Positions 25,355 through 37,634 of a DNA stretch of 64,000 nucleotides are shown one piece after another; position 1 is the first letter of the stretch; the number at the start of each line of letters is the position of its first letter. Origin of the DNA: Anthoceros angustus. Taxonomy: Eukaryota > Plantae > Anthocerotophyta. Made by a program: the position numbers and the translations under genes. Location: the NCBI GenBank assembly GCA_010909165.1, contig MU008169.1, positions 868,001 to 932,000 on the forward strand, in the 5' to 3' direction. Under the pieces are notes generated by a model, which saw only the letters and a list, made by a program, of their open reading frames with translations, made no database searches and had not been told where the DNA came from.

Positions 25355-25963
25355 TGGGCTATGGCTCCCTCTGTGCTGTCACCATGAGCTACCCAGATTG
25401 GCAGACTAGGCTCCAAGTCATTACTGACAAGTTAGCAAAGGTGCCTGAGTACTGTGGACAATCTGCGAAGCATCCTGGAATTTGACCTTCCAATCGACGC
25501 AATTTTCACCCGGCGTCATGGCCTGCATAGCATTCGAGACTTGCTCGTGGGTCGGGAGCGCGAGAATGTCCATTGAGGTCTCACAAGTACGATTACGCTC
25601 CAGAGGGACAAGGTCCTGAGCACCCAGGCTGATAGGCCTGCTTGGCGGGTTGATGCAGATTGGAGGAATACCTTGAGGCCCATGCATGTGGGATATGGTC
25701 CTCCAGCCCGAAGAGGACAACGGAACAGGTGCAGCAGGACTCCGAACTTAGAAGATGGAAGTAGGAGAATCTAAGCCTTTCCCAGGTGCATCCCCTTCCA
25801 CATACGCCGCCGAGGCCATCCCGCCATTCCACACTGAGAGTGTTGGATGGTCCATACGACGACGCTGAGAAGCTGGCTGGGATGCCTCAGAAGGCCTGGG
25901 CTGATAGTTTGAAAAAGACAAGGGCAAACTCTGGGCATTGAGACAGGAAGGCTCATCTTCGTC
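25355..25963 (-). pseudogene. CLASSY/DRD1 copy D: inverted, high-identity copy of exon 3 (source 17537-18142)
   Basis: The reverse complement matches the source almost base for base. It carries an in-frame TAA (atc ttc taa versus atc tta gaa) and a 4-bp insertion near 25432. Confidence 0.92.
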
Positions 25964-26425
25964 GAAGAGGCCGAGCCGGTCTGGAAAGACAGGCTACGAG
26001 GATGCAGAGGAGATGATTGCATTTCCCCCTCCCCCATGACCACATCCTCAGAACCCCCTAGACTAGGGCTGCCGGCGGCTAGGGGGGATCGCCACAAAGA
26101 CGATTGCGGAGACTGGGAACCAGGTACATCCGCATGACCAGCAGGGGCCGGCCCACCGCACGCTAACAAGGGCACCGTTGAGCCCCCCTGAAGGAAGCTC
26201 GCGGTCGACAAGACGGCCTGCAACCAGCCTTCAGCGACACCGCTCGCCGCTCCGGGCGCCCGCTCCGATCGATCGATCGAACATCCACGGCGGATTCCAT
26301 ATTAGATTGCAATACTCCATTAGTTGTGGGAAATCCTATTTTTAAAATGAATTAGAATGTTTAATTTTACTTTCAAAAAGTATAAATACCTATACAATAG
26401 CAAATATTTTTCAACCACAAATCCA

Positions 26426-26427
<2 letters not shown>

Positions 26428-26485
<58 letters not shown>
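26428..26485. repeat. (TA)29 microsatellite
   Basis: Perfect dinucleotide run. Confidence 0.98.
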
Positions 26486-26488
<3 letters not shown>

Positions 26489-27236
26489 AACATGCGCATA
26501 CCATGGATTCTCTCTTTCTACTTCATCTAATAATAAGCTTAATATTTGACTGGAAAAATCGAATTCAACTCCATCTAAGGTTACCATTAATTAGCTCTCA
26601 TAAAGAATTGTTACACACCTATTTGTGTAGTGAAATCTATTCTATCTTGGCAATCTTGGATACTAGAATGGCATACTTGGTACCCTCTAGAATGACAGAG
26701 TTTACTACATCATTCTATAATGGATGCTAGAATGACATCCATGTAACACTTGCTCTAATGACATAAGTGGTACTTGCTATAATGACATATCTGGGTACAT
26801 GCTAAAAAATCATGGGTACCTGAATGACATGTTTTGCTAGCTACTATCTACAGTGAACCAGTAGGCTACTTAAGGATGCCCAAGTTAGGAGGACGCAAAA
26901 GGGTCCTTGTAGAAAAACCTTAATAATTTTGTGGAGTGTTGTTAGAGGGCTGGTCCGATTTGCTGACGAACCCTTGTTGCAGCAAAAAGATGAAGCAAGG
27001 TGCAAGATGGGGAACAAAAGGATGAGGCGCCTATTGTTGCTGTAAAAAGATGAAGCAAGGTCGCAGGGTGTAAGGTGAGGGACAAAAAGATGAAACAAGG
27101 CACATGGTGCAAGATGGAGAACAACAGGATGAGGTGCAGGATGCAAGATGAGAAGCAAAAGGATGAAGCAAGATTTTCACTTTTTTTTGTTGTACAAGAT
27201 GTAGCTGAAGGTGTTGTGGCATCACGTGACGAAAAC

Positions 27237-28427
27237 ATGGACAGCACTTTGTGGAGCACCTTGCCAATTGATATATTGATGCAAGTGCTTGGAGAAGTCC
27301 CTGCCAAGAGCTATGTGCGATTTCGATGTGTTTGTAACGAGTGGAGATTGATGCTCTCAAATCCCAACTTCAAAACAACCATATCGCGTGGTTTAATTTC
27401 TACGAGCTGGCCACATATCCAGACTATGCATGAGCCATCACCTTCACGCTTGCTTTACGCTCCTAAAGCAAGTTTTAAAGTACATGAGGTCAGCTTATCT
27501 TTTCTACCCAACCTGCAAGATTATAAGGTCTTGAGCTCAGATAAGGGCTTGCTTCTTCTAGGAGGTTATCGTGAACCAGATTGGAGAAATCCGGGTGGCC
27601 TTCGAAGTTTTGAAGTTTGCAAACCTATGTTTATACTCTTTGTGTGCAATCCCTTAACCAAGTCATGGAAGCAGTTACCTCCATTGCCTGAAGTGGTAAT
27701 GGACCCGAACTATCGTATTGTGCAGAAACTTCATATAGGAACTTTTATCTCGGTAGATGTCGCTACTAAGGCATACCAGATTATCCACGTGCAGGAAGTA
27801 GTGCATTTCATGCGAACTTCAATACTTTTATGTTTTGTGTATGATTCAACATGCTCCTCTTGGAAGCTCCGGGAGTGGGAGTTGGAACAGTATAAAAGAT
27901 ATTCAAGCAACATTATTCTCAAAGGGGAGATTTATTTTATTCGCTTCTATACTACCCTTGACACGATCTTGTCTTTTTCTACGAAGGGGAAAGGCACCTT
28001 TCATCAGATTGATCTGCCCACACCACAGAAGTATAATTACCGCTACAAATTGGTACAACGGAGTGAACACATCATCGTAGTGGGTGAACTTGATTCTCGT
28101 CTTGGAGTGGGGATTTGGAAGCTCGACCATGAAGGAAAGGGATGGGAACTTTTATCCGCCCATGAGCTTGTACATGAGGGTCATTCAAAACTGAACAATT
28201 TGCATGTTTCTAAAGTGAATACTACGGTTACGGGGGACGTCATCTTCGTCTATGGTATAGCTTTTTGGGATGTGACTCCTGAATACTCGTCAAGGTGGCA
28301 GGGCGAGAGCTACGTCTTGAGCTTCTGCTCTAGCACTAGGACTTGGTCGTATGAAGGCCGGGCTGGTCTCGACCTCGACTGGCTAGCTTTCGAGTTCGAG
28401 CCTAATCCATTAGTAACCAAAGTGTAA
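27237..28427 (+). CDS. F-box protein (kelch/FBA-like C-terminus), intronless, about 396 aa
   Basis: F-box motif WSTLPIDILMQVLGEVPAKSYVRFRCVCNEWR and LFVCNPLTKSWKQLPP. The ORF extension upstream (27075-27236) is a short tandem repeat and probably not coding. Confidence 0.88.
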   Translation: MDSTLWSTLPIDILMQVLGEVPAKSYVRFRCVCNEWRLMLSNPNFKTTISRGLISTSWPHIQTMHEPSPSRLLYAPKASFKVHEVSLSFLPNLQDYKVLSSDKGLLLLGGYREPDWRNPGGLRSFEVCKPMFILFVCNPLTKSWKQLPPLPEVVMDPNYRIVQKLHIGTFISVDVATKAYQIIHVQEVVHFMRTSILLCFVYDSTCSSWKLREWELEQYKRYSSNIILKGEIYFIRFYTTLDTILSFSTKGKGTFHQIDLPTPQKYNYRYKLVQRSEHIIVVGELDSRLGVGIWKLDHEGKGWELLSAHELVHEGHSKLNNLHVSKVNTTVTGDVIFVYGIAFWDVTPEYSSRWQGESYVLSFCSSTRTWSYEGRAGLDLDWLAFEFEPNPLVTKV

Positions 28428-28572
28428 GTGAATGAATAGGTATGTAGGAGCTCACCAAAGTGTGATGGATATGACCTGCATCCACCTCCTTGGTGACCTT
28501 AATTGGGGGCTCACCAAGAAGAAAAAAAGAAGAAGAAGAATATATTATAGTGCACTTAGAGGAAATTTTCTT

Positions 28573-28738
28573 GTCATGGAATGTAGTACTTAACAACTTG
28601 TACCATGGTATGCCCAAGCTACTTGGGCCAAGGGCATCCACTCCCTTTAGACACCCCATCTAAGTACCGATCTAAGCGCAGGATGCTTAATAACGGCGTT
28701 CTTATAAATGTCTGTCCATTTGGCCCAAGTCATTTGGA
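28573..28738. mobile_element. Solo arm of the foldback/MITE family seen at 44695-45322
   Basis: acaacttgtaccatggtatgc..aagctacttg..caagggcatcca..ccccatctaagtaccgatc matches 44698-44830. Its start matches the reverse complement of 45300-45322. Confidence 0.85.
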
Positions 28739-29506
28739 CACAAAGTTTGATGGATACGAGCTCACCTCGGATTGGTAACTAATTCGCTCTTTGTCCTCTC
28801 AAATACGTGAGATGTGAAGTAAGACTTTGCACAATGCTAAACGGGGTGGTCTCGAAAGGCAAGCCCGCACGCAAAGCATGGTGCTTCCATTCCTGGACGC
28901 GGTCGGGGAAATGGTGTGAAGCTTCAGCGATGATGCAGTGAAACCAGTGGGCCATGGTCATGTGGAGAAGAAGGCCCCATCTTCCGCATGCGCCCTTCAG
29001 CCCAAGCTGGCCGGCTGGCAGTGCAGTGCATATTCGGCTGGTTTCCTCCGGCTGGAGATGCTGCAACGTTCACCGAGTCCCACTGCCAACACTTGGTTCC
29101 AGCAGGCCTGGAGATCCTCCTACAACGTTAACGCCCCTCAACCCACAACTTTCTTGGGTGCACAGAAGAGTGCCAACAACAGGTCCCTTGCCCTCTGCGT
29201 ACCCCTTGTTTCCTCACCAACAAGATGGCGGCCTATTCCTCGTAGGCCTCATGGTGGAGTAGGCACATCAGACACGATCTCTTGCCATGCTATAATAATG
29301 AGGGAAGACAATTGAAGGAAACTATGTACTGCCGAATTTTACAAATAGCACTCGGATCTCTCACTGCACCAACGGGCTGCCGCTCCTATCGAAAGCCTAA
29401 GCAGGATGTGCACACATCTGCAGACATAGAGACGGTGTGGTCCGTCTGAGCGAGTACCTTGGGACGGTCTATCTGCTACCTCGAGATCTCTTTCACACGA
29501 GACGAA

Positions 29507-31249
29507 ATGCAGGCTGCGTTAGCAGGCTCGGCGGCTGCGTCCCTCGCTGTCCAAGACCGCGACTTGGGTGTCGGCAACAGGCTCTTTTCCTGCCCACCAA
29601 AGGGCGGCACCTGTTGCAAGGATGCCTTCACAGGTTTGTCAAGGTGCAGCGGTTTGCAGCATGGGCAGAGGAGCTCTAGGTTTTCCACTGCCGTGGCGGC
29701 TCCAGATCATGGCGTGCTGGTGGACTTGCAGGACGGGAGCGAGGCAGTTGCTCCGCTGACGCATGTGCTGGTGGGTTGTCTGTTTTGGGGATGGTGGGCT
29801 TGTTGGGCAGTCTCGTTTCCGATGGAGTTGATTGATGACAGCATTTTGTGGCAGGTTAATGGGCTGGGGAAGATGGGGATGGCGGTGGCAGAAGCCGTCG
29901 ATGCTGCAGACGGGTTGGAGCTTGTGCCCTTCTCCCTGAGCATAGAAGGAGAGAGTAGCCGCCGGGTAGGGAACGTGGATCTCAAGCTGTATGATATTTC
30001 GAGGAAGGACAGCGTGCTGGAAGATGTGGCTCGACGTTTTGAGAACGTGATTGTGGTGGACTACACACAACCTAGTTCTGTGAATGGTGAGAAAGGGGGT
30101 GGCTATGGGATGGGATGTGTTGGGGAGCCGTGCGTTGCTCATTCCAGCTTGCTTGTTTGACAGAAAATGCTGAAGCTTACTGCAAGTGGAAGCTGCCGTT
30201 TGTGATGGGAACTACTGGGGGAGACACTGTCAAGCTGCTGGAGACCGCGGCAGCAGCTGGCGTGTATGCTGTAATTGCACCCAACATGGGTAAGCAGGTA
30301 ACTTGGACTGGAGAAACAAGCACCAGAGCATGTCGTGTCCCTTCCCGCTTCCGCCCCGAATAAACCCGTCTCTCAGGTTGTTGCCTTCCAAGCTGCGTTG
30401 GATATTTTGGGACAGCAGTTTCCTGGAGCTTTTTCTGGTTACAAGCTGGAGGTGAGCTTCCCCCCTTTGTTTAGATGCAGTCTGTCGCTGTAGGTGACGT
30501 CTTTCCATGATGTGAAGTGGTCTGTTGCATTTGTTGGCCTGTTGATGAAACGTTTTCCATGTGCTGATGCTACTGGTTCTGCAGGTGACTGAGTCACACC
30601 CATCCTCCAAAAAGGACACTTCAGGCACAGCCAAAGCTGTGGTAGCAAGCTTGAACAAGGCGGGTTGTGACTTTGAGGTTTCTCAGGTGATCATTTGCCA
30701 CCTTGAATTGCCTCCAGTATGTGTGGCATCCAGGGCTGACTGTGTGCGGTTACGTGCTGAAACTCCCAGCTTCGTTGTTGCAGATTCACAAAGTAAGAGA
30801 CAAGGCTGGTCAGTTGGAGATGGGAGTGCCTGAAGAATACATCAATGGTCACGCATTTCACACCTACAAGCTTTTGTCACCAAACGGCCTGTAAGTAGAG
30901 CCTCTCTAAACAACATATGCGAACCCTCTCACGCACTTCTTGCTCACATTGCTTTGTCCTTTCCTTCCAGAGTCTCCTTCCAATTTCAGCACAACGTCTG
31001 CGGAAGGGCAATCTATGCAGAAGGCACGGTGGATGCTGTCCATTTCCTGGCGAAGAAGGTGACGTTAGATTACCGATTTTGCATTGCTCTTATTCCTCAG
31101 CCGCTGCCTTTGCGGATTCATTTGCTGGATGCAAAACACTTGCACTCCCTCACCAGTCCCCACCCTTATTGCTGTAGCAGGTCCAAGAACGTGCAGAAAA
31201 AAAGCTGTACAACATGATTGATGTGCTCCGTGAAGGCAACATGCGTTGA
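29507..31249 (+). CDS. dapB: Plastid 4-hydroxy-tetrahydrodipicolinate reductase (lysine biosynthesis), multi-exon
   Basis: Exons encode VNGLGKMGMAV, VVDYTQPSSVN, PFVMGTTGGD, APNMGKQVVAF, FPGAFSGY, DTSGTAKAV, GHAFHTY, FQHNVCGRAIYAEGTVDAV and YNMIDVLREGNMR*. This matches plant DAPB1/2. Confidence 0.96.
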
Positions 31250-33573
31250 ATCCTGCCCTCGGCCCAGAACGGTTTGGCGGTGCACTGTTATGTGCAGTAA
31301 TCTGGTCTCCAAGTATCATTTTGGAACCATCTGGTTCCCTTGTAACTAAGCTCCAACTTGTGCACAGTCTCCGAGCATTCGTCAGCAGATCCAAGACAGA
31401 AGCTCCCCCCTGCTGTCCGAAGGTGCTGATGGTAACCAATGGTTCAACTGCCGCCCTATCTGTTCAGCAGTAGCAAGATCCCCCTGAATTGATGCCGGTA
31501 GCATGTAGAATCGAGCAAATTGCCATGTTCTTCATATCGAGGCTTCGTTGATTTGAGACTCCCAAGACGCTGCCATGCCTCCAGCTTTCAGAAGTTCAGG
31601 CATGTAGCATGCCGACCTGACATCCCGTACTCGACTATTGCACATGGTTTCCTGCTTTCATGCCCCATACTGTTTTTGTCCCTTTTTGTGAGCCGACTGC
31701 AACCTGCAGGCTACCATAGCCTACATATCAGTGAAGCAACTGCGAAGTTATCCGTAGAAGTTTCGGTGTGCAGAAAAAGGGCTTTCACAGGAGGACGCCA
31801 GAAGGATCATAATGCAGCTTGGTCGCCACAGGGGCGGATAAGGGGACATGTTGAATCCGGTCATTCTTTACTATTGTTCGTTAATGCCCATGATGGCAGT
31901 CCGGCACCTGATTCACAATCCCGTTGGTACTGTTCCCTCACTCTGACGTGCGCCCACCATACGCTGTTGCAGGTCAGAAGCAGCTTCCAGAGACAACAGC
32001 CCTGCTGGAGCAGATAGAAAAAACAAAGAGCTCAGCAGCTGCATCAACTGTGCCTACTTGGCAACTTGTGAGGGTAAACGTGCAACCCTGCAATTGGCTC
32101 AACATGTCTGGAAGCTTGGACGATGGATGAACTGTGCAGCAAGATGTCCCTTGCTGTTCCCCGATCCCAACAGCACATACAGATTCTACATACATACTGC
32201 ATACTGTACACTCTCTTTACATCCATGCATGTACATGTAATCCTGGTTTGAGTAGGCTTGAGGAAACCTGAGAGTCGGGTGTTGTCTGTAGGGCCCTGTC
32301 GGAGCGGACAATTCCTGTGGTTGCCGGGGCCTCGGAGAAAGGACCCGACGTAAACCAACAGGAATCGCGGATGTCTGACAATGCAAGCCAAGCCTTTATT
32401 GTTTCTTCCGTTATTCAGCGGCCGCCTGTCCCACGTTGCTTCGAAAATAGAAAACGTAGCGATATCTTGCGCTTGTCCGGATAGGGTGAGCTTGACGCTG
32501 TCAAAGGCGAAACTCTACGTCCGTCGATGCCGTCCCGTGACTTCCCTGAACGGGGACAGGGACCGGACACCGGCCCGGCCCGGGCCTGCCTGCTGCTGCT
32601 GCTGCTTCTGCTGCTACTGCCGCGGCTTGTGCGTGCGAGGGCCGAGGTCGACTCCAGCCGGCCATGGCGACCGTGGCGACTGCAGCTCGCGCTCTGCTTT
32701 CTCCTTTTGCAGTCGCTGCAGGCGCCGAGGAAAGCAAATTGCGACCGGCCGCGTTGGAGATGGCGATGGAGATGGTGTGACAGAAAGGATAAAGCTGTAC
32801 GCGCGGAGCTGATGTCGATGTCTCTCCTTACGAACAAGACAGCTTGAAAGAAGGCTTAGGAAAGCTGAGGAAGCGAAGGAAAGCTGAGGAAGCGCAGGAA
32901 AGCAAAGGGTTCGGTAGCGTGCAGTCACGTTGGTCACATGGATGCGGTTGTGTGGATTTTGGAAAGTTCAAATGCATGGATCGGATTGGATGGCTGCCGG
33001 GGCTTGGGGGCATGGTTTTGTGAAGGAAGGCGTTGAGAGTGTGTGGTTCTGGAGGAGATAGGAGGTTTGAGGTTGAAAGTGCTTCGGTTGGAAGTTTGGT
33101 GGAGTGGAGGAATTGGTGAGGGAGGATTTCATCTCGTGGTTGAGTGTGGGAGCTGTATTTTGGTGAGGGAGAGAGTGTGGGAGCCGCGGCACTGCGATTT
33201 GTGTTCTTGTGTGATGGAGTGAGGGAGTGCGACTGTGGAGGAGGTGGAGTGGATGATATCGTCGTAGCTCGATTTTGTTGCTGGAAGCCAGTTTCAGCTT
33301 TTGACCTCGAAGGAAGCGTAGGTAGAGGATATTCTGTACTGTAGGTTGGTTTTCTGAGCGTTGTTTTTTGTTTCTTTGGCGTGGAGCTTTGTGTTGTGCG
33401 AGTCCGGAGTGCTGCAAGCTTGTCAGCTGGTCTTTTCTTGCCAGGAGGTTGGGAGATGGAGGATGTAGACGTTGGAAGGACTCGAGGCTTGGTACCCTTT
33501 TACCCTGCTTTGTAGCCAGCAGCATTGCGCAGCGTGAGGAGGTTGGACTCTCATTTGTCGGAAGAGGCGCAAA

Positions 33574-36500
33574 ATGAAGTCGTCTGTTGCGGCTGAGTAT
33601 ACGTCGGGAAGATCAATGAAGCCTGGTCTGAGCTTTGATGCGAGCAGTTTTACCAACTCGGAAGAAGATTTTCTGACTGTGCTGGAATTTATCTCGAATC
33701 TTGATATTTCTGGAAGTGTAACGTCAGGTTCACCGGTGTTGCAAGGGGAAGAGTTGCTCACTCCAGGGAGGGGAAAGAGCGCGCAAAATAGCGTCGACAG
33801 CGCAGTGGCCTCGCCGTCCAAGTGCAGGAAGGGAAATGGCCGGGGCTTTGCCGAAAGGCCGGTGTCGCCGGCGTCCAAGCACGGGAAAGATGTCGTGGAC
33901 AACTTTTTCTTGAATGAGTCTTTGGCAACCGACAAGGAGGCATTGAATGCCAAGGCAGCTGTTACGGAAGATGGTCCAATAATTCCATCCGCGGCCTGGG
34001 AGGGCTGCCAGGTGGAAAGTGCCAAGTCTGGTTCGCATTGCAGCAGATTGCGGGAGCAAGAGCATGTTAAGAAACGAGGAATGGAGTCTGTTAGCTTGCC
34101 CGAGGAGCGGTATGGCAACGGGGCGGACTCGGTTGGAGCAGCACAATACCAGGAGGCGGTGCTGCCGGATATTCCCAAGCTCGGACTTGTTGGTCTTGAA
34201 GGGGCCAAATGTGCCGATGATTCTATAGCTTGTTCAGAGCCTGTCAAGGGAGCTGCAGGTCTTCAAGTACAGCGAGGCTCTACGCCTTCAAAGGACTCGA
34301 AGAAAGGTGAAGGTCCGGATCCTAGCAGGGAGGTTAATGCCAGCTCAACGCAAAGCCGGAGATACAGTTTACCTAACCGGGCTAGTCTGGAGGTCACTCC
34401 ACCTAAGGGATTAGCCATCCGAACCGCGCAGAGGAGCGGAGGTGAGTTCGAGCGAGGTCCTTCCATTCAGCATCTTACCAGGTGTGAAATGACCCAACCC
34501 TCCTTGCCCGTGTATGCGAAGAAATCAGACATGATGAGAAGGCATAGTACTGACAGTACTCAGAAGTTACATTCCACTCAAGTGGGGTTGCTATCACTGC
34601 CACGGAGATCTGGTTGTACAAATGGGTCCGGACAATGGCGTGACCTGGATCAGTTGTACGAAGAGGTTCGTCTCACGGAAGAAGTCAGGGACGATGTGAA
34701 GCACCGGGCGGTGAGAGGGAAGAAAGCATCGGGAGGTCGTCATCACACTGATGTAGCAACATCATCCGTGAAGGCCTCCAACAGACAGGTATGGGACAAG
34801 CCCGGCCCTCCGGCAGAGCACTCATGTGAGGAGCGGTTCTGGAAGGATAAGCGGCGCACTGATGAGGTGAGCAGGGCAACGGTATCTATCCATTCCAACA
34901 ACCTTGGTGCGAGGACAAGGTCTGGGAGGCACGCCACCTGCGTGGACGACTGCAGTCATGTTGAGCTCGATGCCGGAAAATGCACTGGCAAACGGAGGAA
35001 TGGGTATAGTCTGAATGCACGGCAGGAGGAGATTGTTGCATACAAAAGTTCTGCAGACATACCTGCAGCAAAGGCAAGGTATGACGGAAGCACAGTATCG
35101 AGAAGCGCCAGTGGTTCACGACTGGAATCTAGCACTGCACAACAATCTAATAGTGGAATCATCACCCAAGTATGTCAGCAACCCCTCAGGCCTCAAGAAC
35201 AGAAGCGAGACAGCTACCCCCTGTTCAGTATGGTGAGTGAAGTGTGCTCTTTATGTTGATGGTTACCTCATATGCTTAATGTCTATTCAGATTGAGGTTT
35301 GGCAGATCATGTCATTGATCACATCATGCCTTGTTGTTTTACCAGGTGGACAAGCCAACTCATGTCTTGGACGTTCCCTTTCTCGGTAAGAGAAGTCTGG
35401 TCACTCCTTCTCACCATCCAAGGCTTTCCAATGGATCTGAAATTTCAGAGGCGTGTGATGACTCGCCAAGATCATCCACAGACAGCAATGCCACGTTGAA
35501 GCAGTTGCTGTACTTGCAGAAGTACAGGGAAGTCTGCACGTTGAGACAGGCTCTCCAAGAAGAGGACTCTGATACAGTGTTCAGTAGAAGGAAGGGAAGC
35601 GTCAGTTCACGGAGCAACGGCAGCTGGCACAAAGAACATGTGGTAGACACTGTGTGTTACTGCTATGTCCGGAACTCTTCTGGAAAAGCTATCAGCAGTG
35701 AGAAGACCTCGAAGATCACGCAGAAGCATGTGAACATGACAAGAAGTTTGTCGGATGGCCGGAACATGGGTCTTGACCGTAGTTTGGCATCCCAATCCAT
35801 CTCAATGACATCCCTTTCATCTCATGGTACGGGACTGTCTTTTGGAGAAAGGCGAGTACCAGGGGAGGGGAGAAAAGTATGCAGAGGATGTCCCCAGGAG
35901 AACAGTGCTCCTGCTAGAATATCCTTTGAGTGGAGCACGTCCAAGAAGGGGGACCTGCAAAACAGGTCCTTGCCAGACGGGCTCACACTTCTGGAGAGAG
36001 TTTTCAACGACAATGGGTATTTCCAGAGAAGCAAAGCTGAGAGCACATTATCGAAGGGGAGCACCGTTGAGCACATCGAGCCTGAATCCATAAGATCATC
36101 TTCCAGATGGACCAATACCTTGCCACAATCCACGAAGGTCTCTGCAATGACTCGGCCACAGCAGCACCCAGGGCGGAACAGAGAAAAACTAGGGAGGAGC
36201 AGAACAGAGTGTGTTGCCTGCGAGGCACTCAATTTGGAGGACAGAAGCCGGAGGTATGTAGCCGACTCATCTGACATTCCAGGTGGCTTTAGCACCTGGG
36301 AAGAGACTATGAAGTCTCGGCAGCCGAAAGGTCCACATGTTTCCTCTTTACCATCTCGATCTGAGAAGCAGGGGGAACATCTCAAGCTGGATGAGCGAAT
36401 GGAAGGACAGGGAGGGTCTGACAAAAGGGACCTATTGACAGGCGACGGAGGAACATACGCAGGTGTAGCCACTAAGCTGAGCCCTAGGCATGAAACCCAA

Positions 36501-37634
36501 TGGAGGAAGATGGCTCAACCTTGGATGTCCTACAGAAGTTCCAGATACAGTTTTCCCAGTGATGAGTTGGAAAACGTGGAAAAGTTCCTTCTGGAACCAG
36601 AGTCTTGTCAGTGCGGCCATCGTTTCCCAAGTTCAGGGACTCCATTCGACAAGGAGATATCGAGATCCGTCAATGCTCAGTCTCACTCGAGCAGTCTTGC
36701 ATCGGGCTCAGGTTTGAGCTTTGACTGCCCTCGGCAAAGGGGAAATGGGCAACAGCACAGAAGCCTGAGTCCATGCCAGGACCGGAGGCTTACGATATGG
36801 AGTTTTTACACAGAAGTGACGTTCTTCGAGGGCATAGTGAGGCTTGCCAAAGCCTCTCTTCGCAACTTCTGTGCCTGCCTTATCAACTGCCGGGAGGGAT
36901 TCCTCAACTACGAGAGTCGTGAAGTGGCAGCGTTGCTGCGTAATTTTCTTCCAGAGGCTCAGTTTGCTGAGTCCCAGCATCGGCATTTTGGCATTCAAGC
37001 TTGCCTGAATGACACCATATTTCTCCACTTCCATGAAGAGTCCTACGGGTTGGACCCGGCGAGGTACGCTTTCCCTAGCACCAGATTTCGGAGGGAGGTG
37101 TTCCTTGAGAAGTTCCACCGTCTCTCTTGTGTGTTTCCTGAGCAAGGCATCAACATGCCACACAAGCATGTCCACAACGCCGAGCTCCAAGACTTCTACC
37201 AGTTTTGCAGAAGGAAGCTGAGCATGATACAGAAGAGGATGGGGCTGAAAATCGAGTCATGGCCTCGTCTGCTCCTCCACAGCTTCTTCGATGCCATGAA
37301 GCAAGTGTGGAGAGTGCACAAGCTGGCCTTCTCACTGGAGCCCCCTGCCACCATGCTGTACATTGACAGAGGCACGGACTTCAATGAAACCTACATGGAG
37401 CTGGTGGACATGCACAGCATGATCGGAGACTTCGTCATCTCGGGCGCAAAGTGGAACTTCGTGCCCCACCCTGAGGGAGATTTCCCCTCGGCACGCCGCA
37501 ACCCTCCCCGACCAGACAAGATTCCCGGTCACCCTCCCTCCGAGGCTACAGTGGAGTTCATGGTCATGCCTGGTTTCGAGGTGAAGAGCAAAATCCTGAA
37601 GAGCCAGGTGTATTTGAAACCGAGGACAGCGTGA
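33574..37634 (+). CDS. GIL1/IRKI-like protein with a very long low-complexity N-terminus, about 1315 aa, 2 exons
   Basis: Exons 33574-35232 and 35346-37634 (phase 0, gtgagt...cag). The C-terminus FFDAMKQVWRVHKLAFSLEPPA..RGTDFNETYME..VEFMVMPGF..KSQVYL is typical of the GIL1/IRKI C-terminal domain. Confidence 0.8.

Noticed and set aside
27075-27236. N-terminal extension of the F-box ORF
   Set aside because: It is built from aaaagatgaagcaagg-type tandem repeats. ATG 27237 directly precedes the F-box motif.
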